Below, piece by piece: positions 9,037 through 18,280 of a stretch of DNA of 64,000 nucleotides; the stretch's first letter is position 1, and each line of letters begins with the position of its first letter. This stretch comes from Bacillota bacterium (GTDB lineage: Bacteria > Bacillota > Clostridia > Christensenellales > CAG-138), in contig JAEWYO010000052.1 in the NCBI GenBank assembly GCA_023395595.1, positions 6,617 through 70,616 on the forward strand. The letters run 5' to 3'. A program made the position numbers and the translations under genes. The notes beneath the pieces are model-generated. The model had not been told where the DNA came from and searched no databases. It saw nothing but the letters and a program-made list of their open reading frames with translations.

Positions 9037-9804
9037 TTAAGCAACGACGAGATCGTAGATGAGACGAATAAAAAGCAGACTTAGTACAACGAGAACAAAC
9101 GGCTTGACAACTTTTGTACCGTTTTTTAGCAACACACCTGCGCCGATGAAGTGACCCGCGATGGCAAACACGGCGGAGATGAGCCCGATTGGAACGATCG
9201 CTTGCCCATTGAGCAAAAACACCGCAAGGCTGCCAATGTTGCTCGAAAGATTGGCAATCTTTACGTTGCCTGCCGCAAGACGGAGCGGCATTCTAGCAAG
9301 CTGGGTGTATGCGATCAGCAGAAACGTACCAGTGCCCGGACCATAGAAGCCATCGTACATACCGACAAACAAAGCTGCGAGACAAACCGCGAGAAACTGC
9401 TGCTTCCGGCTGACGGGGTCGAGCGATTCCGAGGAGAGATTACGCTTCTTGAGCACGACAAACGCGAGAACGGGCACCAGCACGAGCATAATGTATCGAA
9501 TCGCGTTGTCGTCGATCGTGAGGATCAATTTTGCGCCGGCAATCGAGCCAAGCACCGCCAGAATGGCGGAGGGAATCGCGGTTGGCCAATCGACACACTT
9601 GTTGCGGATAAATCGCGCGGTAGAAGCGCAGGTGCCGATGCTGCTGCTGAGTTTGTTGGTCGCAATCGCGTTGTGCGGCGGCAATCCTGCAATGAGGTAG
9701 GCGGGCAGCGAGACAAGCCCGCCGCCGCCAGCCACCGCATCCAAAAGACTTGCCGCAAAAACAAGCGGGCAGATGATCAGCAGAGACCAATAATGGATGG
9801 TCAT
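9037..9804 (-). CDS. TauE/SafE (TSUP) family anion exporter
   Basis: 255 aa polytopic membrane protein with the family motif DAVAGGGGLVSLP near the N-terminus and an internal duplication. Confidence 0.82.
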   Translation of the reverse strand: MTIHYWSLLIICPLVFAASLLDAVAGGGGLVSLPAYLIAGLPPHNAIATNKLSSSIGTCASTARFIRNKCVDWPTAIPSAILAVLGSIAGAKLILTIDDNAIRYIMLVLVPVLAFVVLKKRNLSSESLDPVSRKQQFLAVCLAALFVGMYDGFYGPGTGTFLLIAYTQLARMPLRLAAGNVKIANLSSNIGSLAVFLLNGQAIVPIGLISAVFAIAGHFIGAGVLLKNGTKVVKPFVLVVLSLLFIRLIYDLVVA

Positions 9805-9856
9805 GCGCGCTTGCTCCTTGCGTGATTACATGATATTTGCGTGACGAATCCGCACA

Positions 9857-11725
9857 TCAATCGTTCTCTTTCTCCTGCTTGGCGGTGCCGAGCGATTCCG
9901 CCGTGCGGTCTTCGCAGAACTGCTGCGTGTAGAGATCGTAATAGTACCCATGCTGGCGGAGCAACTCTTCGTGCGTGCCGCTCTCCTGAATCTTTCCGCC
10001 GCGAATGACGAGAATTCGATCTGCCGTGCGGATGGTTGAGAGGCGGTGGGCGACGATGAAACTCGTGCGGTTATTCAGAATGTGCGTGATCGCATTCTGT
10101 ATGAGCTGCTCGGTTTCGGTGTCAATGGAGCTTGTCGCCTCATCAAGAACAAAGATCCGCGGGTTTTTGAGCACCACGCGCGCAAAGGAGAGCAACTGCT
10201 TTTGCCCGGTCGAGAGACGAGCACCACTTTCGCCGATCTCTGTGTCGTAGCCTTTCTCTTGCTGGAGAATAAACGGCTCGGCATGGACAAGCCGCGCAGC
10301 TTGCATGACCTCTTCATCCGTCGCATCGGGTTTGCCGAAGCGAATGTTGTCCTTGATGGTGCCGGAGAAAAGATGCGGCGTTTGCAGCACGTACCCGAGG
10401 CTCGATTGCAGCCATAGCTGGGAACGCTGGCGGTAGTCCGTTCCGTCGATGCGGATTTCACCCTCTGTCGGCTCGTAGAAGCGGCAGAGCAGATTCACAA
10501 TCGTGCTCTTGCCGGCTCCAGTTTCGCCGACGAGCGCGATGGTTTGTCCCGCTTTAACATCCAGCGAAAAGTCATCCAGCACGCGCTCACCACTCTTGTA
10601 TTGGAACGTCACATGGTCAAAGGTGATATTGCCTGTGATCGGTTCCCAGTTTTCGGGATGCGGATCTAGGATGTCACCGTATTTCTGCAGAATCTCAGCG
10701 TTATCGGTTACGTCCGGTTTGGTATCCAGCAGGGTGATGACACGCTCTGCCGAGGCTTGAGAGCCGAGCATTTCTGCGAGAATGTTCGCAAGCTGCTGAA
10801 TCGGGTCGAAAATCTGCGTGCAGTAGGAGATAAACGCAACCAGCGTACCAGCAGTCAGCGTGCCGATCAATGCGGTTTCAGGGTTCAGCACGCCCTGCCC
10901 GCCTAGTGTAAGCGCGAGCCCGGTTCCGACCGCGCCGAGGGACATGATGATCGGGAAAAACGAAGCCGAGACCAGTGCGCTTTTGATGCTCGCTTGTTTC
11001 ATCTTGCCGGTGAGCTCGTTGAACTCGTTTGCGTTGGCTTCTTCACGCACAAGTGTCTTGGTGGTCACGGCTCCCATGATGCCCTCGTTGAATGCACCTG
11101 TGATGCGGGAGTTAAGCTTTCTCGCTTCTCTCTGATGCTTGAGCATGCTCTTTTGCAGACGGATGCTGATGAATGCCAACAGCGGAAGCACCGCAAGCGA
11201 AATGAGCGCGAGCTTCCAAGAGAGCACGAACATCGTGACGATACAGCCGAGCGCATAGAGCAGCGACCAGAGCACGTCCACAAGACTCCACGCGATCATG
11301 TCCGACAGTCGGGAAATATCGCTCATCATTCTCGCCATAATATAGCCCACCGCTGTGCGGTCATAGAACGAGAACGATAGCTCCTGCAGACGCAAAAACG
11401 CGTCCTGCCGGATGGTGTACGCAATCGCCATCTCTAGTTTTCCGGCAAAAGTGATAAACGTGACTACGCCGGAGCTTTGGATAAGGATTACAGCAAGATA
11501 GAGCAGCGCAAACACGCCGAGTCCATCAAGCGTCTTTGGTATCACAAAATGGTCGATGGCATATTTTGTAAACAACGGGTATGCAATATCGATTGCAGCG
11601 ACGACGATGAGCGCTGCAATGACGGTGAAAAAGAGTTTCTTGTTCTGGAGCGCATAGCGATAGAGCCGCTTCCAAACGTTCCAATCGATCTTTTTTGCGG
11701 CAAAATCCTGTTCTTCAATATACAT
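9857..11725 (-). CDS. ABC exporter half-transporter (TMD-NBD), consensus Walker B, degenerate signature
   Basis: 622 aa. Walker A GETGAGKST, signature LSTGQ (not LSGGQ), Walker B FVLDEATS, H-loop AHRLST. Confidence 0.9.
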   Translation of the reverse strand: MYIEEQDFAAKKIDWNVWKRLYRYALQNKKLFFTVIAALIVVAAIDIAYPLFTKYAIDHFVIPKTLDGLGVFALLYLAVILIQSSGVVTFITFAGKLEMAIAYTIRQDAFLRLQELSFSFYDRTAVGYIMARMMSDISRLSDMIAWSLVDVLWSLLYALGCIVTMFVLSWKLALISLAVLPLLAFISIRLQKSMLKHQREARKLNSRITGAFNEGIMGAVTTKTLVREEANANEFNELTGKMKQASIKSALVSASFFPIIMSLGAVGTGLALTLGGQGVLNPETALIGTLTAGTLVAFISYCTQIFDPIQQLANILAEMLGSQASAERVITLLDTKPDVTDNAEILQKYGDILDPHPENWEPITGNITFDHVTFQYKSGERVLDDFSLDVKAGQTIALVGETGAGKSTIVNLLCRFYEPTEGEIRIDGTDYRQRSQLWLQSSLGYVLQTPHLFSGTIKDNIRFGKPDATDEEVMQAARLVHAEPFILQQEKGYDTEIGESGARLSTGQKQLLSFARVVLKNPRIFVLDEATSSIDTETEQLIQNAITHILNNRTSFIVAHRLSTIRTADRILVIRGGKIQESGTHEELLRQHGYYYDLYTQQFCEDRTAESLGTAKQEKEND

Positions 11726-11773
11726 ATTACTTCGCCTCCTTCCGAGACGGCGGTTGATAGGTTATATGTTGCA

Positions 11774-13630
11774 TCAGGCATTGCCTCCTTCGGAGATGGC
11801 ATCCTGAATTTCGGCGATACGGCGATAAAGCCCTTCCTGCTGAATCAACTCGCCGTGCGTGCCCTGCTGTGTGATGCGCCCGTTTTCAAGCACAAGGATA
11901 TTGTCCGCTTCGCGCAGTGTGGTGATGCGGTGCGAAATCAGGAACGTGATGCCGTCTTGATTGAGCGCCAGCAGGGACTTGCGAATCGCCGCGTCGGTTT
12001 CGGAATCGACCGCGCTCATGGAGTCGTCGAAGATCAAAATCGGTGCCTTTTGCATCAACGTTCGCGCGATGGCGACGCGTTGCTGCTGTCCGCCGGAGAG
12101 GGTCACGCCGCGCTCGCCAACGAGCGTATCATAGCCCTGCTCGAAGTTTTCAATGACCTCATGCACGCTTGCCGTGCGCGCGGCAAAATACACATCCTCT
12201 TCCGTGGAACACGGCGCGCAGATGCGGATATTCTCCATGATCGTGCGCGAATAGAGGAATGGTTCTTGCAGCACGATGCCGATGTTCTCGCGCAGATGCC
12301 CGTGTTCGATGTCATTGACATCCGTTCCAGCGATTGTGATACTACCCGCGGTTCGAACATACAGACGCTGGAGCAACTGCACAAGGCTGGTCTTGCCGGA
12401 GCCGGTCGCGCCGAGGATCGCGATGGTTTGTCCGGGTTTGGCTGTGAAGCTTACCCCGTCCAGCACATCGTTGTAGCGATCATAACCAAAGCAGACGTTG
12501 TCGAAGACGATGTCACCCTTGATGTTAGGAGAGAGCGCCTTGCCCGGTTCTTTTTCAACCGGCGCTGAGAGAATCTCGTCCAATCGACCGAGGGAGACTC
12601 CGGCCTTGCCCATATCCGCGAGAATTCGTCCGAGCTGGCGCACCGGCCAGGTGAGCATTGCAACATAGGTGGTAAAGAGCGCAACGTTGCCCAACGTAAA
12701 CGTTCCGCGATACACTCCGATGACGCCCATACACAGCGAGAGGCCAATTTGGATATAACCCACGCTGTCCGAAAGCCCCCAGTAGAACCCCAGCAATTTG
12801 ATGAGCTTATAGGTTTTTTCGCGATAGGTGTTGTTGAGCTTGGTAAATTTTTCGATTTCGCTCTTTTGCTGGCCAAATGCACGCACCACGCGCACACCGG
12901 TCAGGTTTTCCTGCAGCATGGTCGAAAGTGCGCCCTCCGCTTCGTCCGAACCTGTGAAGTATTCCTGCACATACTTGAAGTAGATGAACGATCCGACCGT
13001 TAAAAACGGTAGGAACGCAAGCGAAATCAGCGTCATCTTCACATTCACGGAGAACATGACGATCGCGGCGAGGATAAACATCACAAACGTACGCACGATT
13101 TCCATCAATTGCAGGTGCACAAACCGGCGAACGGTGTCCACGTCGGATGTACAGCGCTGCACCAAATCGCCTGTGCTCGCGTGCTTGTGGTAGTCATACG
13201 GCACGTCTTCGAGGTGACGATAGAGACGGTTTCTCAATTTTGTTGCCATGCCTTCGGACGCATAGGCAATGTTCTGCCTGCGCGTGAAGGTAAAGAGGCA
13301 GTTCATGCCGGTGAAGAGCAGCAGAGCCGCTCCGCAGAGAAACAAATTACGGATGAAGTATTCGCGTCCACCGAGCGATTCCACGATCGGCAGCAAAAAC
13401 TTCGGCGTGGAGGAGGAAATGCCCTGGATGACGTAGTCGAGTGTAAAGCTCGTCACATACGGCACTGCGTAGGAAAACGCGGTGGAGAGCAGCACGCTGA
13501 TCGTCGCAAAGACGATGTAGTGGCGATAGCCCTGCATCAGCTCACCGACGAGCTTCCAGTTCGTCTTCTTGCGCTCTGTCTTTTCGATTGGAACCTTCTT
13601 CTTGTTTTTATTATTCTCATTCTTCTTCAT
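11774..13630 (-). CDS. ABC exporter half-transporter (TMD-NBD), degenerate Walker B
   Basis: 618 aa. Walker A GATGSGKTS, canonical signature LSGGQQQR, Walker B LIFDDSMS (Asp replaces the catalytic Glu). The start ATG overlaps the priA stop (ATGA at 13627-13630). Confidence 0.9.
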   Translation of the reverse strand: MKKNENNKNKKKVPIEKTERKKTNWKLVGELMQGYRHYIVFATISVLLSTAFSYAVPYVTSFTLDYVIQGISSSTPKFLLPIVESLGGREYFIRNLFLCGAALLLFTGMNCLFTFTRRQNIAYASEGMATKLRNRLYRHLEDVPYDYHKHASTGDLVQRCTSDVDTVRRFVHLQLMEIVRTFVMFILAAIVMFSVNVKMTLISLAFLPFLTVGSFIYFKYVQEYFTGSDEAEGALSTMLQENLTGVRVVRAFGQQKSEIEKFTKLNNTYREKTYKLIKLLGFYWGLSDSVGYIQIGLSLCMGVIGVYRGTFTLGNVALFTTYVAMLTWPVRQLGRILADMGKAGVSLGRLDEILSAPVEKEPGKALSPNIKGDIVFDNVCFGYDRYNDVLDGVSFTAKPGQTIAILGATGSGKTSLVQLLQRLYVRTAGSITIAGTDVNDIEHGHLRENIGIVLQEPFLYSRTIMENIRICAPCSTEEDVYFAARTASVHEVIENFEQGYDTLVGERGVTLSGGQQQRVAIARTLMQKAPILIFDDSMSAVDSETDAAIRKSLLALNQDGITFLISHRITTLREADNILVLENGRITQQGTHGELIQQEGLYRRIAEIQDAISEGGNA

Positions 13631-15903
13631 AACATATCCTGTGGGTTCACCTCGACCATCGGGTAGATTTCTCCGCGATGATCTGCGGCAAACGTATAAA
13701 TCGTTTGGATCGCGCGGCTGAGGCGCGCCGTGCGCAGCAGCTTGATCAGTATCTGGTAACGATAGGCACGCTGTTTTCTCTTGATCGGCGCGGGGGAGGC
13801 GCTGTAGAGCAAAATGTCTTTTTCGCCTTCTTGCCCTAATTGCTCGTCCAGAGCGAGCTTGAGTTGCGTTGCATACGCGGTGACTCCCGTATAGAGCGCC
13901 GCTTCATCATCGCCGGAAAACAGAATGCGGACAAACAGCGAAAACGGCGGAAAGATAGCTTTCTTTCGCTGTTCGAGTTCATAATGGTAGAAGCTCTTGT
14001 AGTCGTGCTCCCGCGCGTAACGGATCGCGGGATGCGCGGGAGAATAGGTCTGGATGACCACTTTACCCGGGTTTTCGTCCCGCCCGGCGCGTCCTGCAAC
14101 CTGGGTTAGCAGTTGGAAAGTGCGCTCCGTGCTGCGATAATCAGGGATAAGTAATGTTGCATCCGCGGCGACGACACCGACCAGCGTCACGTTCGGGAAA
14201 TCATGTCCTTTGGCGATCATCTGGGTGCCGACGAGGAATTGCGCCTCCCCGTGCGCAAATGCGGTGAGCATCTGCTGCATCGTGTCCTTGGTGCGGATGG
14301 TATCCGTATCCATGCGAAGGGTAACGGCCTTCGGGAAGAGGTCATGCAGCGCCTCTTCCACCTGCTCTGTGCCGATGCCGAAATACTTGATGAACGGCTT
14401 GCCACAGGCGGGGCATACGGTCGGCAGGGGCTTGACCGCGCCGCAGAAATGACACCGCAGCCGGTTTTCGCCCTTGTGATACGTCATAGAGATATCGCAA
14501 TCGTCGCAAAGGACGACGTGCCCGCAGTTTCGGCAGGAGACGAAGGTGGAATACCCCCTCCGGTTGATAAACAGCATCGCCTGCTGGCCTTTCTCAAGGC
14601 ACTCGCCGAGATATTGCGCGAGTTTTCCGCTAAAGATGCCGTTGTTGCCTGCCTGAAACTCCTGCCGCATGTCGATGACTTCGACTACAGGCAGAGGGCG
14701 GTTTTGAACGCGCTCGGGCAGCTCGAGTAACGTATAGCGTCCCGAAAGCGCACGATAGTAGGAGAGAAGCGATGGCGTCGCGCTGCCAAGCAGCATCGGC
14801 GAACCAAATTGTTTGGCGCGATAACTTGCAACATCCAGCGCGTTGTAGCGCGGAACGGTCTCGCTTTGATAGCTGCCCTCGTGCTCTTCGTCTACGATGA
14901 TGAGCCCGACGTTTTGCATCGGTGCGAACACTGCGCTGCGTGCGCCGACTGCAACGCGCGCCTTGCCAAGCCGGATTCTGCGCCATTCGTCAAAGCGTTC
15001 GCCGGCGGAGAGCCTGCTATGGAGCACGGCAATTCCGTCCGAGAACCGCTCCTGAAAGAGTCCGACGGTCTGCGGTGTGAGCGAGATTTCAGGCACAAGC
15101 ATGATCGCCTGCCTGCCGGAAGCGAGGCAGTGTTCAATAGCACGCATGTAGACCTCCGTCTTGCCGCTGCCGGTGACACCGTGGAGCAGGAGCGTGCCGT
15201 TCTTTGCTTCCATCGCTTTTGTGATGGCATCCACGGCGTTTTCCTGCGCGGCGTTAAGTGTGACAAGCTTGTCTGCCATTAGCGCGTTGATATTCGGGCG
15301 GCGGAAGGTCACATGACCGCCTTCGACCACATAGCCGCGTTTGACGAGCGCGGTGATTGCGCTCTGCGCATCCGGTACATATGCCAACACATCGGAAACT
15401 GCCATTTCTATTCCGGCGGTGTGGAGGGTTTCGAGCACCTCGTATTGTTTCGGTGCGCGCGGTTTGCCGCTCTTGTCCAGAAGGGAGATGAGTTGGGATT
15501 CAATCTCTTCCGGGTGCGCGAGTTGAATCGTCCGTTCGATCTTTTCTTTCACCTTGCCGCCGCGCATCTGCGCAGGGATCATCAAACGGAGTGCATCGAC
15601 CAGCAGGCAAAAATAGCTCTTCTGCATCCAGTACGCGAGGTCGATCTGCTCTGGCGTGAGGATGGGGTAGGGCTCGATGACACGAAGCAGTGGCTTGAGG
15701 ACGACGAGAGGCTGCACTTCGCTTGAAATGGCGGGTTCCATCACGCGGATGACAAACCCTTCGCGTTGGCGATTGCCGTTGCCAAACGGCACGAGAACAT
15801 GGCTGCCGGGAGAGACCAACATACCTTCCGGTACGAGGTAGCTGTACAATCGGTCTACATTTGCGTGCGCAATGTCTACGATGACTTCGCAGGTTTGTTC
15901 CAT
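13627..15903 (-). CDS. priA: primosomal replication-restart helicase PriA
   Basis: Walker A GVTGSGKTEVY, DEEH box, and a Cys-rich zinc region CRNCGH..CDDC..CHFCG..CPACG. Start at MEQTCEVIVD (ATG 15903, GGGAGGTG RBS) preferred over the 15987 extension. Confidence 0.92.
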   Translation of the reverse strand: MEQTCEVIVDIAHANVDRLYSYLVPEGMLVSPGSHVLVPFGNGNRQREGFVIRVMEPAISSEVQPLVVLKPLLRVIEPYPILTPEQIDLAYWMQKSYFCLLVDALRLMIPAQMRGGKVKEKIERTIQLAHPEEIESQLISLLDKSGKPRAPKQYEVLETLHTAGIEMAVSDVLAYVPDAQSAITALVKRGYVVEGGHVTFRRPNINALMADKLVTLNAAQENAVDAITKAMEAKNGTLLLHGVTGSGKTEVYMRAIEHCLASGRQAIMLVPEISLTPQTVGLFQERFSDGIAVLHSRLSAGERFDEWRRIRLGKARVAVGARSAVFAPMQNVGLIIVDEEHEGSYQSETVPRYNALDVASYRAKQFGSPMLLGSATPSLLSYYRALSGRYTLLELPERVQNRPLPVVEVIDMRQEFQAGNNGIFSGKLAQYLGECLEKGQQAMLFINRRGYSTFVSCRNCGHVVLCDDCDISMTYHKGENRLRCHFCGAVKPLPTVCPACGKPFIKYFGIGTEQVEEALHDLFPKAVTLRMDTDTIRTKDTMQQMLTAFAHGEAQFLVGTQMIAKGHDFPNVTLVGVVAADATLLIPDYRSTERTFQLLTQVAGRAGRDENPGKVVIQTYSPAHPAIRYAREHDYKSFYHYELEQRKKAIFPPFSLFVRILFSGDDEAALYTGVTAYATQLKLALDEQLGQEGEKDILLYSASPAPIKRKQRAYRYQILIKLLRTARLSRAIQTIYTFAADHRGEIYPMVEVNPQDML

Positions 15904-15974
15904 GCCGTTCACCTCCCGTTCAGAATGTGCTTGTTGTTGTGAATTGTTGATTGGGTGTTCCAGCAGACGTATTT

Positions 15975-16004
15975 GCCAAAACCGCAAATAGCCCGCAAGC
16001 GGGC
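15975..16004 (-). terminator. terminator-like GC hairpin inside the priA 5' leader
   Basis: Minus strand reads gcccgcttgcgggc (15991-16004) followed by tatttgcggtttt, about 70 nt upstream of the priA ATG. Confidence 0.35.
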
Positions 16005-16071
16005 CAGTGCACGTCGAAACCGCAACGAAACAAAGCCGTGCGGGTTCGGCAAGAATTCATATCATGTCGTA

Positions 16072-16097
16072 TAAAAACGGGAATGACGATCCCGTGT
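16072..16097 (-). terminator. intrinsic terminator after rpoZ
   Basis: Minus strand reads acggga-tcgtcat-tcccgt followed by ttttat, 15 nt after the rpoZ stop. Confidence 0.55.
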
Positions 16098-16111
16098 GAA
16101 AATCGGGTTTG

Positions 16112-16312
16112 TCAGTCCTGATAGAATTCCTTCGGATATTCCAGATGCAGTTTATTGGTGTAGAGTTCGTCTACAGCGACGGAAACAGGTTTACGACCGT
16201 CCAACTTATCCGGATCCGATTGCAATTGGCGCGCTCTCTGCGCAACGGCGGTCACCAGCATATAGCGGCAGCCTGCCTTCTCGATCAGTTCGTCTAGCGG
16301 TAAGTTCATCAT
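16112..16312 (-). CDS. rpoZ: DNA-directed RNA polymerase subunit omega
   Basis: 66 aa with LDELIEKAGCRYMLVTAVAQRARQL, typical of omega. Overlaps the gmk stop, as in the conserved gmk-rpoZ pair. Confidence 0.85.
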   Translation of the reverse strand: MMNLPLDELIEKAGCRYMLVTAVAQRARQLQSDPDKLDGRKPVSVAVDELYTNKLHLEYPKEFYQD

Positions 16313-16938
16313 AATGCGCTCCTGCCTCCTTTGAGTTTTTCAATCAATTCGCCGTTTCTCGATACCTTGCAGCGCTCGGCGACGATGATGTCCTCCGTGC
16401 GTGCGATCGCAAGATCCAGAATATCGTTGACAACGACATAATCGTAACGGTTCACGAGTTCCATTTCATGGTACGCCGTTTCAAAGCGGCGTTCTATGGC
16501 TTCGGAACTTTCGGTTCCGCGATGGATGAGGCGGGATTTCAGCTCGCTCATGGACGGCGGCGCGATGAAAATCAGCACGGCGTCCGGATAAGCTGCTTTG
16601 ACGCGCATGGCGCCCTGAACATCGATTTCAAGGATGACGCTGCGTCCTTCGTCGAGCTCTTGCTCGACAAAGCTCTTCGGCGTTCCGTAATAGTGCGTGT
16701 TAAACACGCGCATATACTCGAGGAAGGCGCCTTCTTCGATCATCTTTTGAAACTCTTCCTCGGTTTTGAAGAAGTAGTGCACACCGTCGATCTCGCCCGG
16801 ACGCGGGGAACGCGTGGTCGCGGAGACGGACATGCGGATGTCGCTATTGCGCGAGATCAGTGATAGATTGATGGTGCCTTTGCCCACTCCGGCAGGACCG
16901 GAAATGACAAGCAGCAGGCCCTTTCTGTTTTGTTTCAT
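16309..16938 (-). CDS. gmk: guanylate kinase
   Basis: 209 aa. P-loop GPAGVGKGT and TTRSPRPGE.DG..Y.F. Confidence 0.93.
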   Translation of the reverse strand: MKQNRKGLLLVISGPAGVGKGTINLSLISRNSDIRMSVSATTRSPRPGEIDGVHYFFKTEEEFQKMIEEGAFLEYMRVFNTHYYGTPKSFVEQELDEGRSVILEIDVQGAMRVKAAYPDAVLIFIAPPSMSELKSRLIHRGTESSEAIERRFETAYHEMELVNRYDYVVVNDILDLAIARTEDIIVAERCKVSRNGELIEKLKGGRSAL

Positions 16939-16959
16939 GTGATGAATCTCCTCTCGTCG

Positions 16960-17223
16960 TCAGTCGTCGGCTTCGTCCGCTTTGGTGTCGAGCCGGTTTG
17001 CGATGGTCTCCGGCTGAATGGCGGAGAGTATCACGTGGTCACTGTCCGTGATGACGACTGCGCGTGTGCGCCTGCCGCAAGTTGCGTCGATCAGGCGGCC
17101 GCTCTCGCGTGCCTCTTGCACAATGCGCTTGATGGGCGCGGATTCCGGGCTGACAATCGCGATCAGGCGGTCTGCCGAGACGATATTGCCAAAGCCGATG
17201 TTCACAAGCCGCAGGTTCATCAT
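16960..17223 (-). CDS. remA: DUF370 / RemA-family small DNA-binding regulator
   Basis: 87 aa with [41 protein letters not shown]. Sits in the conserved position between yicC and gmk. Confidence 0.85.
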   Translation of the reverse strand: MMNLRLVNIGFGNIVSADRLIAIVSPESAPIKRIVQEARESGRLIDATCGRRTRAVVITDSDHVILSAIQPETIANRLDTKADEADD

Positions 17224-17281
17224 AACGGGCTGCTCCTATATCAAAAGTTTAAATCTAGTATCATTCTCTGTGCAAGTTGGG

Positions 17282-18157
17282 TTATTCGATGTTTTGTACC
17301 TGTTCGCGAATCTTTTCGATCTCCGCCTTGCCGGTGAGCACGAGCTTGGTCAGCTCTCCGTCGTTGGCCTTGGAACCGATGGTGTTAAACTCGCGGTTCA
17401 TCTCCTGCACCACGAAGTCGAGCTTGCGTCCTGCGGGTTCGGGATCAACCAGAAGGCTTCGAAACTGCGCAATGTGGCTGTGCAGGCGGGAGATTTCCTC
17501 GTCGATGCTCGCCTTATCCGCAAAGAGCGCAACTTCGGTTGCAAGCCTCGCGCGGTCTACTTCGACATTGCCCAGAAGATTTGCGATCCGCTCGTTGAGC
17601 TTGGCGCGATATTCTTCCACTACGATTGGCGCGCGAATCGCGATTTTGGCGGTGAGGGATTCCACCGTATCCACACAATTGGTCAGATACACGCTGAGGC
17701 GGTCGCCTTCCTGCTTGCGCATGACGAGAAGATTGTCGATCGCGCTGTTGATTGCGCTGCTGAGCAGCGCCAAGAGCGCATCGCTGTCTTCGTCCGCTTC
17801 GCGAACGTTGGATACGTCCGGCAACCGGAGCGCCGCAGTGAGGGAGAGATCATCTCGCAGACCAAGCGTCTCGTTTGCCTGTCGCGCAGCCGCGACAAAT
17901 GCGCTCAGCAGCGGAACATCGATTTCAACCGTTCGCGCGTCACTGCGTAGATTTCGATAGTTGACAAAAACGTCCACGTGCCCGCGGGAAAGCCGCGCGG
18001 TCAGTGCGGAGCGAATCGGGTCTTCCAAAAACGAGAGGTGACGGGGCAGACGCATGCCAACATCCAGATAGCGATGGTTAACGCTCTTAAGCTCAAGCGT
18101 CATCTCACGTCCGTCTGTCGTTGCGCTTCCTTTGCCATATCCTGTCATGCTAAACAT
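17282..18157 (-). CDS. yicC: YicC/YloC-family endoribonuclease
   Basis: Starts MFSMTGYGKG (ATG 18157, GGGGGTG RBS). Contains ELKSVNHRYLD and a C-terminal QEMNREFNTIGSKA. Confidence 0.88.
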   Translation of the reverse strand: MFSMTGYGKGSATTDGREMTLELKSVNHRYLDVGMRLPRHLSFLEDPIRSALTARLSRGHVDVFVNYRNLRSDARTVEIDVPLLSAFVAAARQANETLGLRDDLSLTAALRLPDVSNVREADEDSDALLALLSSAINSAIDNLLVMRKQEGDRLSVYLTNCVDTVESLTAKIAIRAPIVVEEYRAKLNERIANLLGNVEVDRARLATEVALFADKASIDEEISRLHSHIAQFRSLLVDPEPAGRKLDFVVQEMNREFNTIGSKANDGELTKLVLTGKAEIEKIREQVQNIE

Positions 18158-18196
18158 AATTCTGTCACCCCCAAGTCGCAATTATAAATTATAGCA

Positions 18197-18213
18197 TGTG
18201 ATGCGGCATCACA
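18197..18213. promoter_or_regulatory. perfect palindrome TGTGATGC-G-GCATCACA overlapping the yicC promoter
   Basis: 8-bp arms with a 1-nt centre. On the minus strand it spans the end of a TTGTGT -35-like box and the spacer, immediately before tandem TATAAT boxes (18181-18186 and 18188-18193). Confidence 0.4.
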
Positions 18214-18280
18214 CAAGCGTTAAGAATGAACACAAACACGAAGTATCTTGCAATAGACAGGATATGGGCGCAATTCCCGA

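Noticed and set aside
11477-12568. 363-aa plus-strand ORF, plus similar ORFs at 17018-17950, 23546-24370 and 44330-45214
   Set aside because: All lie antisense to well-supported genes (ABC exporters, yicC, rdgB, DUF1700/SDR) and cross gene boundaries. They are shadow ORFs.
18197-18213. CRP- or Rex-type site (TGTGA..TCACA)
   Set aside because: CRP and Rex sites have 6 nt between TGTGA and TCACA with an AT-rich centre. Here the spacer is 7 nt and GC-rich (TGCGGCA). It is kept only as an unassigned palindrome.
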